Shown here piece by piece: positions 24,885-37,110 of a DNA stretch of 64,000 bases. Every line of letters starts with the position of its first letter. Within the stretch, counting starts at the first letter, position 1. Where the stretch lies: positions 108,128,001 through 108,192,000 of the forward strand of contig OX597819.1 of NCBI GenBank assembly GCA_951406725.2, read 5' to 3'. The notes below the pieces were generated by a model. It was given only the letters and a program-made list of their open reading frames with translations, made no database searches and was not told where the DNA came from. Origin of the DNA: Octopus vulgaris. Taxonomy: Eukaryota. The translations under genes and the position numbers were made by a program.

Positions 24885-25044
24885 GAGCAAGAGTGGCTGT
24901 GTGGTAAGTAGCTTGCTTACCAATCACATGGTTCTGAGTTTAGTCCCACTGCATGCCACCTTGGGCAAGTGTCTTCTACTATAGCCTCGGGTTGACCAAA
25001 GCCTTGTGAGTGGATTTGGTAGACGGAAACAGAAAGAAGCCTGT

Positions 25045-25107
<63 letters not shown>

Positions 25108-25333
25108 GTGTATATGTTTGAGTGTCTGTGTTTGTCCCCCCAACATCGCTTAACAACCGATGCTGGTGTGTTTATGCCCCTGTAACTTAGTGGTTCGGCA
25201 AAGAGACCGATAGAATAAGTACTAAGCTTACAAAGAATAAGTCTTGGGGTCGATTTGCTCGACTAAAGGCAGTGCTCCAGCATGGCCACAGTCAAATGAC
25301 TGAAATAAGTAAAAGAGTAAAGAGTAAAAGAGT
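24885..25333 (+). mobile_element. tRNA-derived SINE family A, full copy with internal (TA)n and (GTAAAAGA)n tail
   Basis: A-box gagtggctgtgtggtaag and B-box-like ggttctgagtttagtccc. Other copies at 18590, 28810 and 50552. Confidence 0.88.
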
Positions 25334-27477
25334 ATTCCTGTCTGGTCTGTTAGAAAATTCCAGAATTTCTTATTGCCGTGTTTATTTAAATGAAGGAACA
25401 TGGGTTCAATCAGTAAACAAGTTTCCAGTAGACCATTAGTACATGGTGCATTGGGCTTGAAAGTATTGAAAAACAAAACTGACTGGCTAGATTTGAAAGC
25501 AGAAGCACGAGGTCATTGATTAAATACAAGAAAACATCTGTTCCATGTTCACCTCAGCATCACACACAAGGCAAGAACTTAAATTACAACTTCAGCCCAA
25601 GTGGACAATAATCTGCTTGATAGAGTCAACTGGGACTTTCAGGATGAGAATAAGTCCATGTTTAGAAGAAATAAATGAAAAGTGACAATTTTCAGACACT
25701 TGCAATTGTATGAGTTGATGATGTGACTTGAACTTGTTTGGTGGCATTTGCTTTCAAATGAAGATCTGTAAAATGGCATTTATGATTATTTTATCTCTTG
25801 TAAGTTATTATGTTTATGATTTTAAAGTACATCCTTTAACATAAAGTTATGTTAGAGACAATTCAAAAATGCTTAGGAACAAAAAAAACAAACAAGTGTA
25901 ATATTCACCCTTTAGTGTTCAAATTTCTTTGTCAAATATAATGTTTATTTATTTACATTGTTTTGAATTAATCATGCATAATCTTTTAGCTTCAAAACAG
26001 GTAGAATATTTGGGCTGCATATGGCCAGATTAAACACTAAAGGTTGAAATGAAATTAATATACTAAATACAGAAATTATAAAGACCACCTTTTCAAATCA
26101 TCAAAAACTTCAAACAGCCAGAATTTAAAGAAGACAAAGATTAATGCATTAAATAGTTTAAAAATTGTAGGAAGTGTTTGAAAATTTGTAATGTATGATG
26201 TGAAAAACTTAGAAGCATTTATAAATAATTTATTTAATATGTTTGCAGTTGCACAAATGTGTACATCTATATTTTGCTTTCTTTTGCATTTATATGATGA
26301 ACTTGTTTTGTGCAGAATCATTTTACATTTGAAGACATCCTACCAAGGATAGTAAAGTGCAAGCTGAAAATAGCCTTTTGCTTTTTTCAATCAATCCATG
26401 ATTGCAGAGTTTTGCTGCAGCTTCATTAGCTCATAAGCTGTAATCCAAATGTCTGCTTGAAAACACTGCTTTTGAAATAATAATTTGAAGCCTCATTTAT
26501 TAAGAGAATTCTCTCCATATCCCTGGTCTTGTGACAGAAGATTTTTTTTCACTCTTCATAAATCAATATTGGCACCATCAGTGCAAGATTCATTGCAGTG
26601 CAGCCTACAAACAAACTGCACCACAACAATCTATCAGTTATGGTGATATCTGACATGGAGCAACTGCAAATTCTTTGATAAGGTGTAGTACTTTGTCCTT
26701 CATCTTGCAACAGTATCACTTCCTTAAATATGAAAGCTGATCTGTTGTCTGATTCAGAGAAAGCCTGAAAAAAAAATAAGTCATTGCTTTGCATGTTGTC
26801 TCTCCTAAACTCAAAGCAGTGCAGCTATAGGAATTTGTGGTTTCTTTCCCAGTTTTTAATGAGAACCAAAATTCTGGCTCTGCATCTGTAGTCAAATATA
26901 AAATTACTCAGAAATATTACTACACCTGCGTCACATTCCAAGACATACTTGCATTAAGTTTTGGCTATTTGGAGTTTTCAATGATTCAGGTGTACTGTCT
27001 TTATAATTCATGCATATAATATCATATAAACTTTGTTTGATATTGCAGTTGATTTTTTTTTTTTATCTTAAGCATTTTTAATTATCTCTAAATTAACTTG
27101 ATATTAACAGCTTCACTGGCATCGTAAATACTTATAAATACCTTATAAAGACAAAAGATTCTTCTTTGAAAGTAAATGTCACCAAATATGTACAGACTAT
27201 TAACTCTAATGTTACAGAAATTTTTTAATATTGTCACCATCTTCTTAAACACAGCTCATTACAACAGCTGGTCTCATATACCTAAATATTGGGTTCATTG
27301 CCCACTGGAGTTGAAGACATAATTTAGATCCTTACCTTTAATGGGAAACCACAAAGTAAACTTTTGCACCAGTTTGAAATGAAAATTAAATTTTGTCATA
27401 GTTCTATATTTAAGAGATGAGAAATTATGTACACTATTTACATTTGACAAATATTTGTCCTCATCTTGTTTGTTGCT

Positions 27478-27523
27478 TGCACAACATTTCAACTGATATA
27501 CCCTCCAGCCTTCATCAGGTGTC
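27478..27523 (-). ncRNA. Minimal type I hammerhead motif, decayed
   Basis: gacac-CTGATGA-a-ggctg-gagggtatat-cagtt-GAAA-tg-tt-gtgca; stem II and stem I are weakened. Confidence 0.6.
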
Positions 27524-27669
27524 TTGGGAAAATTTAAAACCTGGGTTCTCATTCCTAAGGTATTTTTATATATTATTATTATTATTATTATTCAGGTCAC
27601 TGTCTGGAATCAAACTCGGAATCTTGAGGTTAGTAACCTGCACATGTAACCACTATGCCATATGCCTAT

Positions 27670-27742
27670 GGGCATATGGCATAGTGGTTAAGAGCGCAGG
27701 CTACTAACCCCAAGACTCCAAGTTCGATTCCAGACAGTGACC
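27670..27742 (+). promoter_or_regulatory. tRNA-derived head / internal Pol III promoter (mirror copy on the minus strand at ~27595-27667)
   Basis: A-box TGGCATAGTGG and B-box GTTCGATTCC at tRNA spacing, with a 7-nt loop CTACTAA. There is no T4 terminator in the downstream arm until the TSD. Confidence 0.75.
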
Positions 27743-27817
27743 TGGAACGCCGCCGCCGCCGATGACAACGACAACAAATACCTTAGGAATGAGAACCCAG
27801 GTTCGAAATTTCCCCAA

Positions 27818-27860
27818 GACACCTGATGAAGGCTGGAGGGTATATCAGCCGAAACGTGTT
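27818..27860 (+). ncRNA. Minimal type I hammerhead motif with a 3-nt deletion at the cleavage site
   Basis: gacac-CTGATGA-a-ggctg-gagggtatat-cagcc-GAAA-c-gtgtt, versus GAAAcgttgtgtt in the 38451 copy. Confidence 0.7.
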
Positions 27861-28653
27861 AACAACAAACAAGATGAGGACAAATATCTGTCAAGTGTAA
27901 ATAATATACATAATGAAATTTTGTCATGTCCAACATCTCACTATTTTGTCCAGTTTTGAAAAGTTTCATCTTTTTTTTTTTTTTGGTACACTATATCTAG
28001 TCTACTCCAGTATTTTCCAGCAAATTTCCTTCCTATATACCCAAGCTTAAACTCATCCAGTGTCTCCCATTCAGTTCAGTCAATGCAGGTTATACTCAAG
28101 GATTTACGGTACTACTCAAGTCCAGCACTCCTTTGGTTACAACTACAAGGGTTCCAGTTGATCTGACCAAACAGCCTGCTCAGGAAATTAACATGCAAGT
28201 GGCTGAAAACTTCATTAATTTGTCGATGGAGTGATGACTAAGCCCTCCACAGACAAGCACACCATTAATGGAGTTTTCAGGGAGATTCAGCATGACTCAG
28301 AATGTGACAAGGCCAGCCCTTTGAAATACAAGTACTGTAAATCCTCGAGTATAGCCCGCCCTTGAGTATAATACGCAGGGGATTTTTAGGGGGCTGTACC
28401 TCTGAAAAACCAAGAATCTTTGCACCCTTTCCTCTTTATGTTTCCCTTACTCTTCACCATTATGTATCTTTGTGGTTTATCCTGTACTGTATACCATACA
28501 CGCACTTTAGCTAATGTTACTAACTTTCTTTATTTAATTTATTGATGCTTCCTTTGGCCCTTTTCTTATTTTACCCTTTCCCAATTAGTTCTAGTGTACC
28601 TGGGCACTGTATACAATAAGTTTATTATCATCATTATCATCATCATCATTATA

Positions 28654-28689
<36 letters not shown>

Positions 28690-28809
28690 CTCAGTATTAT
28701 CTAGACCTATCCTATTTAGTCTTGTCCATTCCAGCACCAGGCATTCTATATAATTTAGATTTGTGAAGTTATATTTCGCATTCACCAGCTTTATCTAATC
28801 TAATATCTC

Positions 28810-29229
28810 TTTTACTCTTTTACTTGTTTCAGTCATGTGACTGTGTCCATGGAGCATCTTAGTCGACAAATCGACCCCACTTATTCTTTGTAAGACTAGT
28901 ACTTATTCTATTGGTTTCTGTTAAGTTACGGGGATGTGCATTGGTTGTCAGCGATGTTGGGAGGAGCTTCTTTCAGTTTCCGTCTCAAATCCACTCACAA
29001 GGCTTTCTATAGTAGAAGACACTTGACCAAGGTTCCACGCAGTCCGGGACCATGTAGTTCGTAAGCAAGCTACTTACCACACAGCCACTCCAATGCCTGT
29101 TAAATATCATTTAATATTATATAATCTTTTCTCCTAGAATGTCTTTTGCCAAACTGTTAAGTTACGGGGATGTAAACACACCAGCATTGGTTGTCAAGCG
29201 ATGTTGGGGAGACAAACACAGACACACAA

Positions 29230-29272
<43 letters not shown>
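28810..29272 (-). mobile_element. SINE family A copy riddled with small deletions, plus a second partial copy ending in (TA)n
   Basis: Colinear with the reverse complement of 24885-25333 but with many short gaps. Confidence 0.8.
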
Positions 29273-29274
<2 letters not shown>

Positions 29275-29276
<2 letters not shown>

Positions 29277-29407
29277 TGTTTGGAATAAAGTGATGTTCTC
29301 TGGCCTTGCTATCAACTTCATACTCCACACTCCAAATGATGCGACCAACTTCAAAACCAGACAAATTATTGTCAACCTGCAGTTTCCATTTGAAGATTTC
29401 TTGTGGC
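29275..29407 (-). CDS. TMEM132: TMEM132 exon, 5' part only (no donor found)
   Basis: Acceptor tcttttgttgcag|G. Encodes PQEIFKWKLQVDNNLSGFEVGRIIWSVEYEVDSKAREHHFIPNK (family EI...IxWxVEY motif), then runs directly into (TA)n. Confidence 0.75.
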
Positions 29408-30254
29408 CTGCAACAAAAGAATATGTGGATATATCAATATCATATACAGAGGAAGAAAGAAGGAAGGTAGGGAAGCATGTCACCATATATGTACATAACA
29501 TTTTTGAGGATTACTCATGGATTAATTCACGAATACAATTTTGTGCTAAAACATTAGATGATATATGGAAGAAAATAAAGAGTGGCATGAAAAGATAAAT
29601 GTTAAAACGATGGCTGTGATAATGGTGGGGATGTATGGTGCCTACATTTCCATCTCTTACTCATTATGTTCCTTGACAGCATCCATATAATGTTACTCCT
29701 TCTTCAGGAACATCTCATTTAATTCTCACCCTCTCTTTTAGCAAAGGGACTATGTTACATCTGACTCCTCACTCTTCAGTCATAACATCCGTTGAACAAG
29801 AGACTGCATCGGATCTGAGTGTATCTGATATATATTGTCATGTTGTCTCAGTTTCTGTCTCTGACTACAAACACCTTGTGGTAAGTGCCTGCTACTATAG
29901 CCTTGAGCCAATCAAAGTCTTGGGAATAAATCTGGTACATGGAAACTGAAACAAGCCCATTGTATGCACACTTGTGCATGCGTGTTTGTGCCTATGTGTA
30001 CTCTTGCATTGACATCATGTTATGCTTATAGACAAGCATCATTGTCATGCAAACAATACTGTTTCTTTCCAGTCTTCTTTGAAGAACACGTCCAGTTATG
30101 GAGAAATATTACTATGCATAGAAATAGGTGAGAGTTGGCAACAGGAAGGGTATCTGGCCATAGAAAATTTGCCTCAACAAACACCATAGCACCCATGCAA
30201 GCAGGGAAAATTGGTATATAAGCAAATGATACTGACGATCTATCTATCTATCTA

Positions 30255-30304
<50 letters not shown>

Positions 30305-30534
30305 TAAATACACATAGGGTGGTGAGCTGGCAGAATCATTAGCACACCAGGTAAAATGTTTAGTGGAATTTTGTCTGTTTGTATGTTCTGAGTTAAAATT
30401 CTGCACAGGTTGTTTTTGCATTTCATCCTTTCAGGTCAATAAAATTAAGCACCAGTTGATCACTTGGGTCGATGTAATCAACTTACCCCTTCCCCTAAAT
30501 TGCTGGCCTTGAGCCAAAATTTGAAACCAATATA

Positions 30535-31410
30535 CAGGGTGCGATGGGTAAATTGTCACCATTTTATGTTTTAAATTTTGCGTATGTGCATGGTTTGTTT
30601 CCGATTTTGTCAATTACACATTACAGTAGAGTCAGAGGGGCACTGTCTGTGGGGAAAACAGCATCATTATGCAATTAACTCTGTCAGAAATTTGGAAATG
30701 ACATGCTGTACTGCTTGACATTCGCACTGGAAGCTCCAATATGAACATTTCAGAATATTTGGGTGCCAATCTAAGGAAAGTGCAATCTAAGGACATGTAC
30801 TGAAAGTGATAAAAATCAAACATCCAGTCAACATCATGGTGTTTGGAGTGATCACAAGTGATGGCGATATTATACCTCCATTCATCTTCCCACACAGCCT
30901 CAGATTCAAGATGGAGGCCAACATCAAGTGCCTGGAGGAGATAATGCTGCCCTGGGTCAAGAGGGTGGCTGCTAGAAGACTCTATGTCTGGCAACAGGAC
31001 TCTGCACCATGCCACAAGCAGGAGAATCTAGTCATGGCTGTCAGACTATTTCTGTGACCACACCACCCCTAATATCTGGCCACCTAACTTCCCAGACTGC
31101 AACCTGCTTAATTATTATGTATGGGGTGCAGTTGAGTGAGGGACCAACAAAACTACTTGTAACACCAAAGATGAACATGACAAAGATGACATGGATTATG
31201 GCAGCATTCACCAACTTAAACAGGGAGACCATTCAGAAGAGTTGTGGGAGATTCTGAAGTCATCTGGAGGCCATGGTTGAAGTCAATGGCGATTTTATTG
31301 AATAAAATTTTGGTAAACTTATGTAATTTTGGTAAATATATCTGTTAAAATGAGATGTCAATTTTATTTTCATTTTTGCGTAATTCAGACAATATATTCA
31401 CCGCACACTG
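30535..31410 (+). mobile_element. Deleted, decayed maT-like (Tc1/mariner superfamily) element
   Basis: TA|CAGGGTGCG...CGCACACTG|TA ends. Relics KHPVNIMVFGVITSDG, YVWQQDSAPCH and PNIWPPNFPDCN. Confidence 0.85.
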
Positions 31411-31829
31411 TATATACACATGCACACATATAAAAAAAGATAAAAGGTCCTTCTGATGTCATAGGTTCATAAGGTTGGTTTCTCAGAATCTGTGGAGTAT
31501 ATATATATATATATATATACCCCTGCCCTGAATAGGACACAGGTCTATCACAAGCTTACTCATTTTTGCCAGATGAGTCGACTGGAGCAATGTGACATGA
31601 AGAGTTTTGCTCAAGAACACAATGCATTGCCCATTCAAGAATCAAAACCACAATCTTTCAATCATGAGTGTAACATCCTGACCACTAAGACATGCACCTC
31701 TACATATACAATTATATTTAATATGAATGTGTGTGTATCTATATATAAATATATATATAAGTATATATATAAATATATATATATAAGTATATATATGCAA
31801 AATACATACACACACACACACATATATAT

Positions 31830-31860
<31 letters not shown>

Positions 31861-32610
31861 AATACACACACACACACACATATATATAAACATGCATGCA
31901 TGTTTATATACACATGTATACACACACATGCACATATACACATGTCATCTTCATTCCAGTTGGTGCAAATTTGGCTGCATGTTTGAACTGTCACTTTCCT
32001 ACCGGATAATCTTGGATTCAGTCCAACTGTCTGTCTGTCTGTCTGTCTGTATGTATGTATGTATGTGCTTGTGTTTGTTACTTTATCTTGACATCACATG
32101 ATACTTTGTAAGCAAGTGCCAATATCACACAAACAGCATTAATACATTTCCACTCTTTCAAGGGGAAATATTACTTTTTATGAAACAGGTGAGTATTGGC
32201 AAAAGGAAGGGCATCTGGTCATAGAAAATTCACCTCAACAAATTCTGTCCAAACCAAGCAAGCATAGAAAAGTGGATGCAAAAATGATGATGACGATAAT
32301 GATATATGTATGTTTGTATTACACACACACACACACACAAAGACTCATACGTATATCAATGCTACTATAACTATTCTGGGACTTCAATGGCCTGGAGCTA
32401 ATAAAATCTAATTCTAGCAGAAACACATATTGACTAGTGGAGGCTTACGATAGAAATACTGCAGCTGCTATTGCAGCTATATGTATGCTGCTGCAACTGC
32501 TACTACTACTGCTACTGCTACTACTACTACTACTTCTACTATTACTACTGTCACCACTACCACCATCACCACCACAATTACTATTGCTACTACTAACACC
32601 ACCATAGTTG

Positions 32611-32648
<38 letters not shown>

Positions 32649-33269
32649 GTCATCATAACTAACTTAAACTGCCACCACCACCACTGTCTCCATCATATGA
32701 GATAATGAGATCTGAGAGATATAGTGTACATTTTCCGAAAAATCCTATTTACAGCAAGGAAATTATGATAGAAATTGATGCGTGTGCCCGTTGGTGATAG
32801 TTTGTGTAGTGGTGTGTGTGTGTGCATGAATTTGGGTGCATAGTGATGATGTATGTGTGTGTTTGTGAGTGTGCGTACGTGCATGCATGTAGTGATGGTG
32901 ATGTGTATATGCATGGTTTTTTGTTTGTGAATGATTGTGAAAGTAGAAGTAAATGTATGTGTCATGGTATGATTGTGCTGTGTGTGTGTAAGTGTGCATG
33001 CAGTATGTGTGATAGTGCCAGTGTGTGAGTGTGTTCATGTATTATAGTAGTGTGTATTGAGGTGGTGCTCAGCATGTAGTTGTTATTTTGCACCAGGACA
33101 GCCCCAATTGAACACACCTCTCAAAACATTCCAACTGAGACCATCCCATTTTACTTATGCAGAGGGCTCCCAGGTTTAATTTATCCATGTCCTTTGCTAA
33201 TATGGCAGGGTATGATTTGAGGAAGATTTGGCTGCTATTTCTAGTGAGCCAAACAAGCATACATTAGCA

Positions 33270-34100
33270 GTGTGTAGTGGTTGTGCAATACATAGTGTGA
33301 GGTATTGGTGTTGTGTGGTTCTATGTAGGGGTGTGTAGTGGGTGGTGTGTGGCATGCAGAGATAGTACATAGTTTGTGGTAGTAGTTTGGAGTGGTGTGC
33401 AGTTGTGTGTGGTCATGATGGTAGCTTGTGAAGTGGCATGTGGCAGTGGTGCGTGGAGTGGTATGTAATGGTGTCAACATGTGGAGCAGTGTGTGTTGGT
33501 GGTGATGGCATGTAAAGTGGTACATGGTAGTGGTATGTGGAGTGGTTTGCAGTAGCACCAGTATGTGTAGTTGTGTGCAGTGGTAGCACATGGAGTGTCA
33601 TGTGGAGTGATGCATGGTTGTGGCATGTGGTGGCACATGGAGTGGTGATGTGTGAAGTGATGTGTAGTGGTGCACAGAGCAGTGTGTGGTGGTACATGGA
33701 ATGGTATGTGGAGTGGTGTGTGGTGGTGGCAGGTGGTATGAAGTATAGCACAGGTGTAGTGGCTGTGATGCGGTATGTGTTGGTGATGGCGTACAGTGGT
33801 AGAAGTATGTAGAGTTGTGGTGATGGCTCATAGAGTGGTCTGTGGTATAGCAGTGTGCAGTAGTGGTATTGTAGTGGTAGTATAGTAATATGGAGTCCAG
33901 TGGCAGAGTGATGTGCAATAAAGTGTGGTATATAATGGTGGCGTGTGGTGTATATTAATTGTGTATAGCAGCTGTGAATAGTGGTATTAAATGGTATGCT
34001 GCTATGTAGTGCTTGTATGATATGTATAGAGGTGCAATAGAGTGGGAGGAGGGTGCTTGTTTGTAGTCAAACTGTGTAGTGTGTGAGTGTATGTAGTGGT
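33270..34100. repeat. GT-rich low-complexity tract
   Basis: Degenerate gtggt/gtagt/gtgtg units; the overlapping His/Thr/Val ORFs are compositional artefacts. Confidence 0.85.
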
Positions 34101-34438
34101 ATCTGTGCATGTAAGGATGTTTGTTGTTTGTGTCTGTGTATGTATTATGTTTGAGTGTATCATCCATGGACAGCTTAAATAAAACTGGATTATTCCATGA
34201 GAGGATTAAAGAGATGAAGACATGAAGAGAAGATGGAGAAAAGATTGAGATAAAGCAATAATAAAGTGACAAATATGAAAATACAGAACAGCTTTGGAAA
34301 CAATGTGAGAGATAAGGTGGGAAGTTGTATTATTCAATACAAGGTCTATCACATTAACCCTGATGAAATGAATGAGCTCAACTATAGGGCCATCATTTTT
34401 GTATTACAAAGAAATCAGAGTTGATCTCTTCAAGTGTA

Positions 34439-34655
34439 TATGAGGGGATGCTGAAAAGTTCCTGGCTCTAGATAAAAGAAAATACAGGAGGATCAGTTAA
34501 TCATGATTTTATTGAATATGTTCCCCTCTCACATTCACACACTTATTGCAGCAGTCCTTCAATTTTCCTAAGACTTATAAAAGAACTCAGAAGGCTGGGC
34601 CTCTAACCAGGCCTTTTATGATACCCTTAAAACCAAGAACTTTATGGCATTCCTT
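34439..34655. mobile_element. Mariner-like terminal fragment
   Basis: TA-tgaggggatgctgaaaagttcc resembles irritans-type mariner TIRs; no coding remnant recognised. Confidence 0.5.
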
Positions 34656-35020
34656 CGAATGTGTGTGTATTTGTTTATATATGCATGTGTGTCTGTGTGC
34701 CTATGTGCATGTGTAAATGAGCTTTTATTTCCCATTGCTTTCACATGTAAGTGCTGACTGTAAACAAAAGATCCATCATTCATGCAGATGGTGTCCTTGG
34801 CTTGCAATCACTGTAAAAGTATGCTTTGGCTGTTCACTGTTCAATAGGCAGGGGATAAATGTCATGCTTAGAAACAGGTCAGGGTTAGTATCAGGAAGGG
34901 CATCTAACTGCAGAAAAGTCTGCCTTATTGTAGTCTTATCTGCCCCATAAAAGCATAAAAAGGTGGACATTAAAAAACAATAACGGTATGTATGTTTGTA
35001 TGTATGTATGTATGTATATA

Positions 35021-35157
35021 AGGAAGTTAAAAGTTATGGCCAGTCATAGAGTGACCATTGGTTTTGCACCTATAAGGTGCTTAGCAGTATAGGTGAAGCA
35101 CTTTATAGATATGAAATTAATAGTCACTCTATTATTGGTCATAATTTTTAACTTCCT
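35021..35157. mobile_element. 137-bp fold-back MITE
   Basis: aggaagttaaaagttatggcca / tggtcataatttttaacttcct, atagagtgac / gtcactctat and ctataaggtgctt / aagcactttatag all pair. Confidence 0.75.
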
Positions 35158-35330
35158 AAAAATATATATTATTGCTCTAACATTTTAGAGTGTGCTTCTT
35201 TTTGGGATATATGAACTACTGAGGATGTATATATATATATATATAAATTATATATATAAAACAAATGAGTGAAAGAGAAAATGGAATTCACAAAATTCCT
35301 TATTAATCATAACAATTGTTTCAACCCAAG

Positions 35331-35427
<97 letters not shown>

Positions 35428-35675
35428 AATCCCGCATCATATCCCGGTTAACCTATCACGGTCACCTATTGTGGTTTATTATTTAAGATTACGTTGGTTC
35501 CCCCTTGATGTTGTTTTGCATTTATAATAAAATAAATATACACAAATTATAAAAATAATTAAAAAAAATATACAGTGCATCACTGTTTCTACTTCATGGA
35601 TTTTCACCTATCATGGGGGTGCTGGTTTGCAATGTAACATCTGTGATAGACGAGAGATTACTGCATATCTATGTA

Positions 35676-36135
35676 CAGGGTACGGTGAATGAATTGTCAG
35701 CTAAATTACGCAAAAATGAAAATAACATTGACATCTCATTTTAATAGGTGTATTTACCAAACTTACATAAAGATATCTTGAAATATAAAATAGGAAAACT
35801 ATTCAATAAAATTGCTATTGGCTTCAACCATGGCCGCCAGACGAATACGGAATCTCTTGCAACTCTTATGGATGGTCTCCTTGTTTAAGTTGGTGAATGC
35901 TGCCATAATCCTTGCCTTCAGTTCATCTTTGGAGCTTCCAGTGTGAATGCCAAGCAGTACAGCATGTCATTTCCAAATTTCTGACAGAATGAAGTGCATC
36001 ATGGTGCTGTTTTTCTCACAGACAGTGCCCAACTGACCCTACTATACTGCATAGTCAACAAAATCAAAAACAAACAATACAGATGTCCAAAATTAAAAAA
36101 AAATCAAATGGCAACAATTTACCCATTGCACCCTG
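35676..36135 (-). mobile_element. Shorter deletion derivative of the 30535-31410 maT-like family, inverted
   Basis: TA|CAGGG...CCCTG|TA; both ends align to the reverse complement of 30535-31410. Confidence 0.85.
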
Positions 36136-36167
<32 letters not shown>

Positions 36168-36171
36168 TACA

Positions 36172-36356
36172 AAATTAGAAAAAAAACACCTTTTATCAAT
36201 TCAAAATGAACAATTAAATTACATATAATAGAAATATTAAAATTTTAATAATTTTAATATTTTTAATTTTAATATTTCTATTATATGTAATTTTCTAGAA
36301 GGTGTAATTTAATTGTTCATCTTGAATTGATAAAAGATGTTTTTCTTTCTATTTTT
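36172..36356. repeat. Nested AT-rich inverted repeat
   Basis: Outer ~47-bp arms (caccttttatcaattcaaaatgaacaattaaattaca / tgtaatttaattgttcatcttgaattgataaaagatg) and inner ~26-bp arms (ttacatataatagaaatattaaaatt / aattttaatatttctattatatgtaa). Confidence 0.85.
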
Positions 36357-36458
36357 TTAATATATATATATATTATATTGTGTGAAATTTGATTTAGTAT
36401 TTCTAAATTGAATTTTTTTTCCCCTGTAAGTTTGGATTTATATTCCCTCAAATAATAA

Positions 36459-36512
<54 letters not shown>

Positions 36513-37078
36513 TGTTTTGCCTTTATTAACAATTACAATATGGAAGTGTTATTCATGGTAGCCATTTAAAGAGTACAGAAACCTTTAATAAAATAAAAGT
36601 GAACTTAACGATATATGTGTGTTTTAAATTATGATTTCCTCCGCTATGTAATTGCTTCAGCTTCAGTAAATGATAGCAGAACAAGTCTCTTGACAAGTAA
36701 ATCTCTGAGTCAAGATGTTGTTTCAAAGAATCTTAAATGATAACATACTTATTGTTGTTAACCTTTACAAGATGGCTGCACTACAAAGAAGGTACACACA
36801 CACACACACACACAGATACTCTCTCTCTCTCTCTCTCTCTTCCTCTCACACACAGCTCAAAATTAAATAGACAGCTCTCATTATACCATTCCTACTGTGC
36901 AGACTACTGATGAGTAAAATGCCCAATAGGTTAAATCATCAAAAAACTGTACAAGGCATCATGACTACTAAATTATTAGATCAAGTATCTAAATGCATCA
37001 AATGACTTTATTTTCTTTCTAGCAATCTTTCAGAAATGATGGCATCCATTTGCTTTTGATCTCTCTCTCTCTATCTCT

Positions 37079-37110
<32 letters not shown>

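Larger units (their letters stand above)
27388..27927. mobile_element. Palindromic tRNA-head plus hammerhead element, copy 1 (coordinates include the 12-bp TSD)
   Basis: Arms 27400-27666 and 27671-27914 are reverse complements. AAATTTTGTCAT occurs at both 27388-27399 and 27916-27927. Confidence 0.88.

Noticed and set aside
26260-26860. Possible hAT transposase relic (CTDGA-like word on the minus strand)
   Set aside because: Only one short motif, with no TIRs or further motifs that I could confirm.
27340-27399. Strong donor-like AAG|gtaagg on the minus strand as the missing TMEM132 exon end
   Set aside because: The phase-0 frame (QNLIFISNWCKSLLCGFPLK) does not resemble the expected family segment and has an upstream stop.
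27670-27742. Functional tRNA gene with ACT anticodon
   Set aside because: The acceptor, anticodon and T stems pair poorly, there is no T-run terminator, and it is embedded in a repeat. Treated as a SINE head.
35270-35332. Minus-strand GAAACAATTGTTA (palindromic stem III-like) as a PLE terminus
   Set aside because: The CTGANGA half is absent because the sequence runs into (TA)n; too little remains to support the call.
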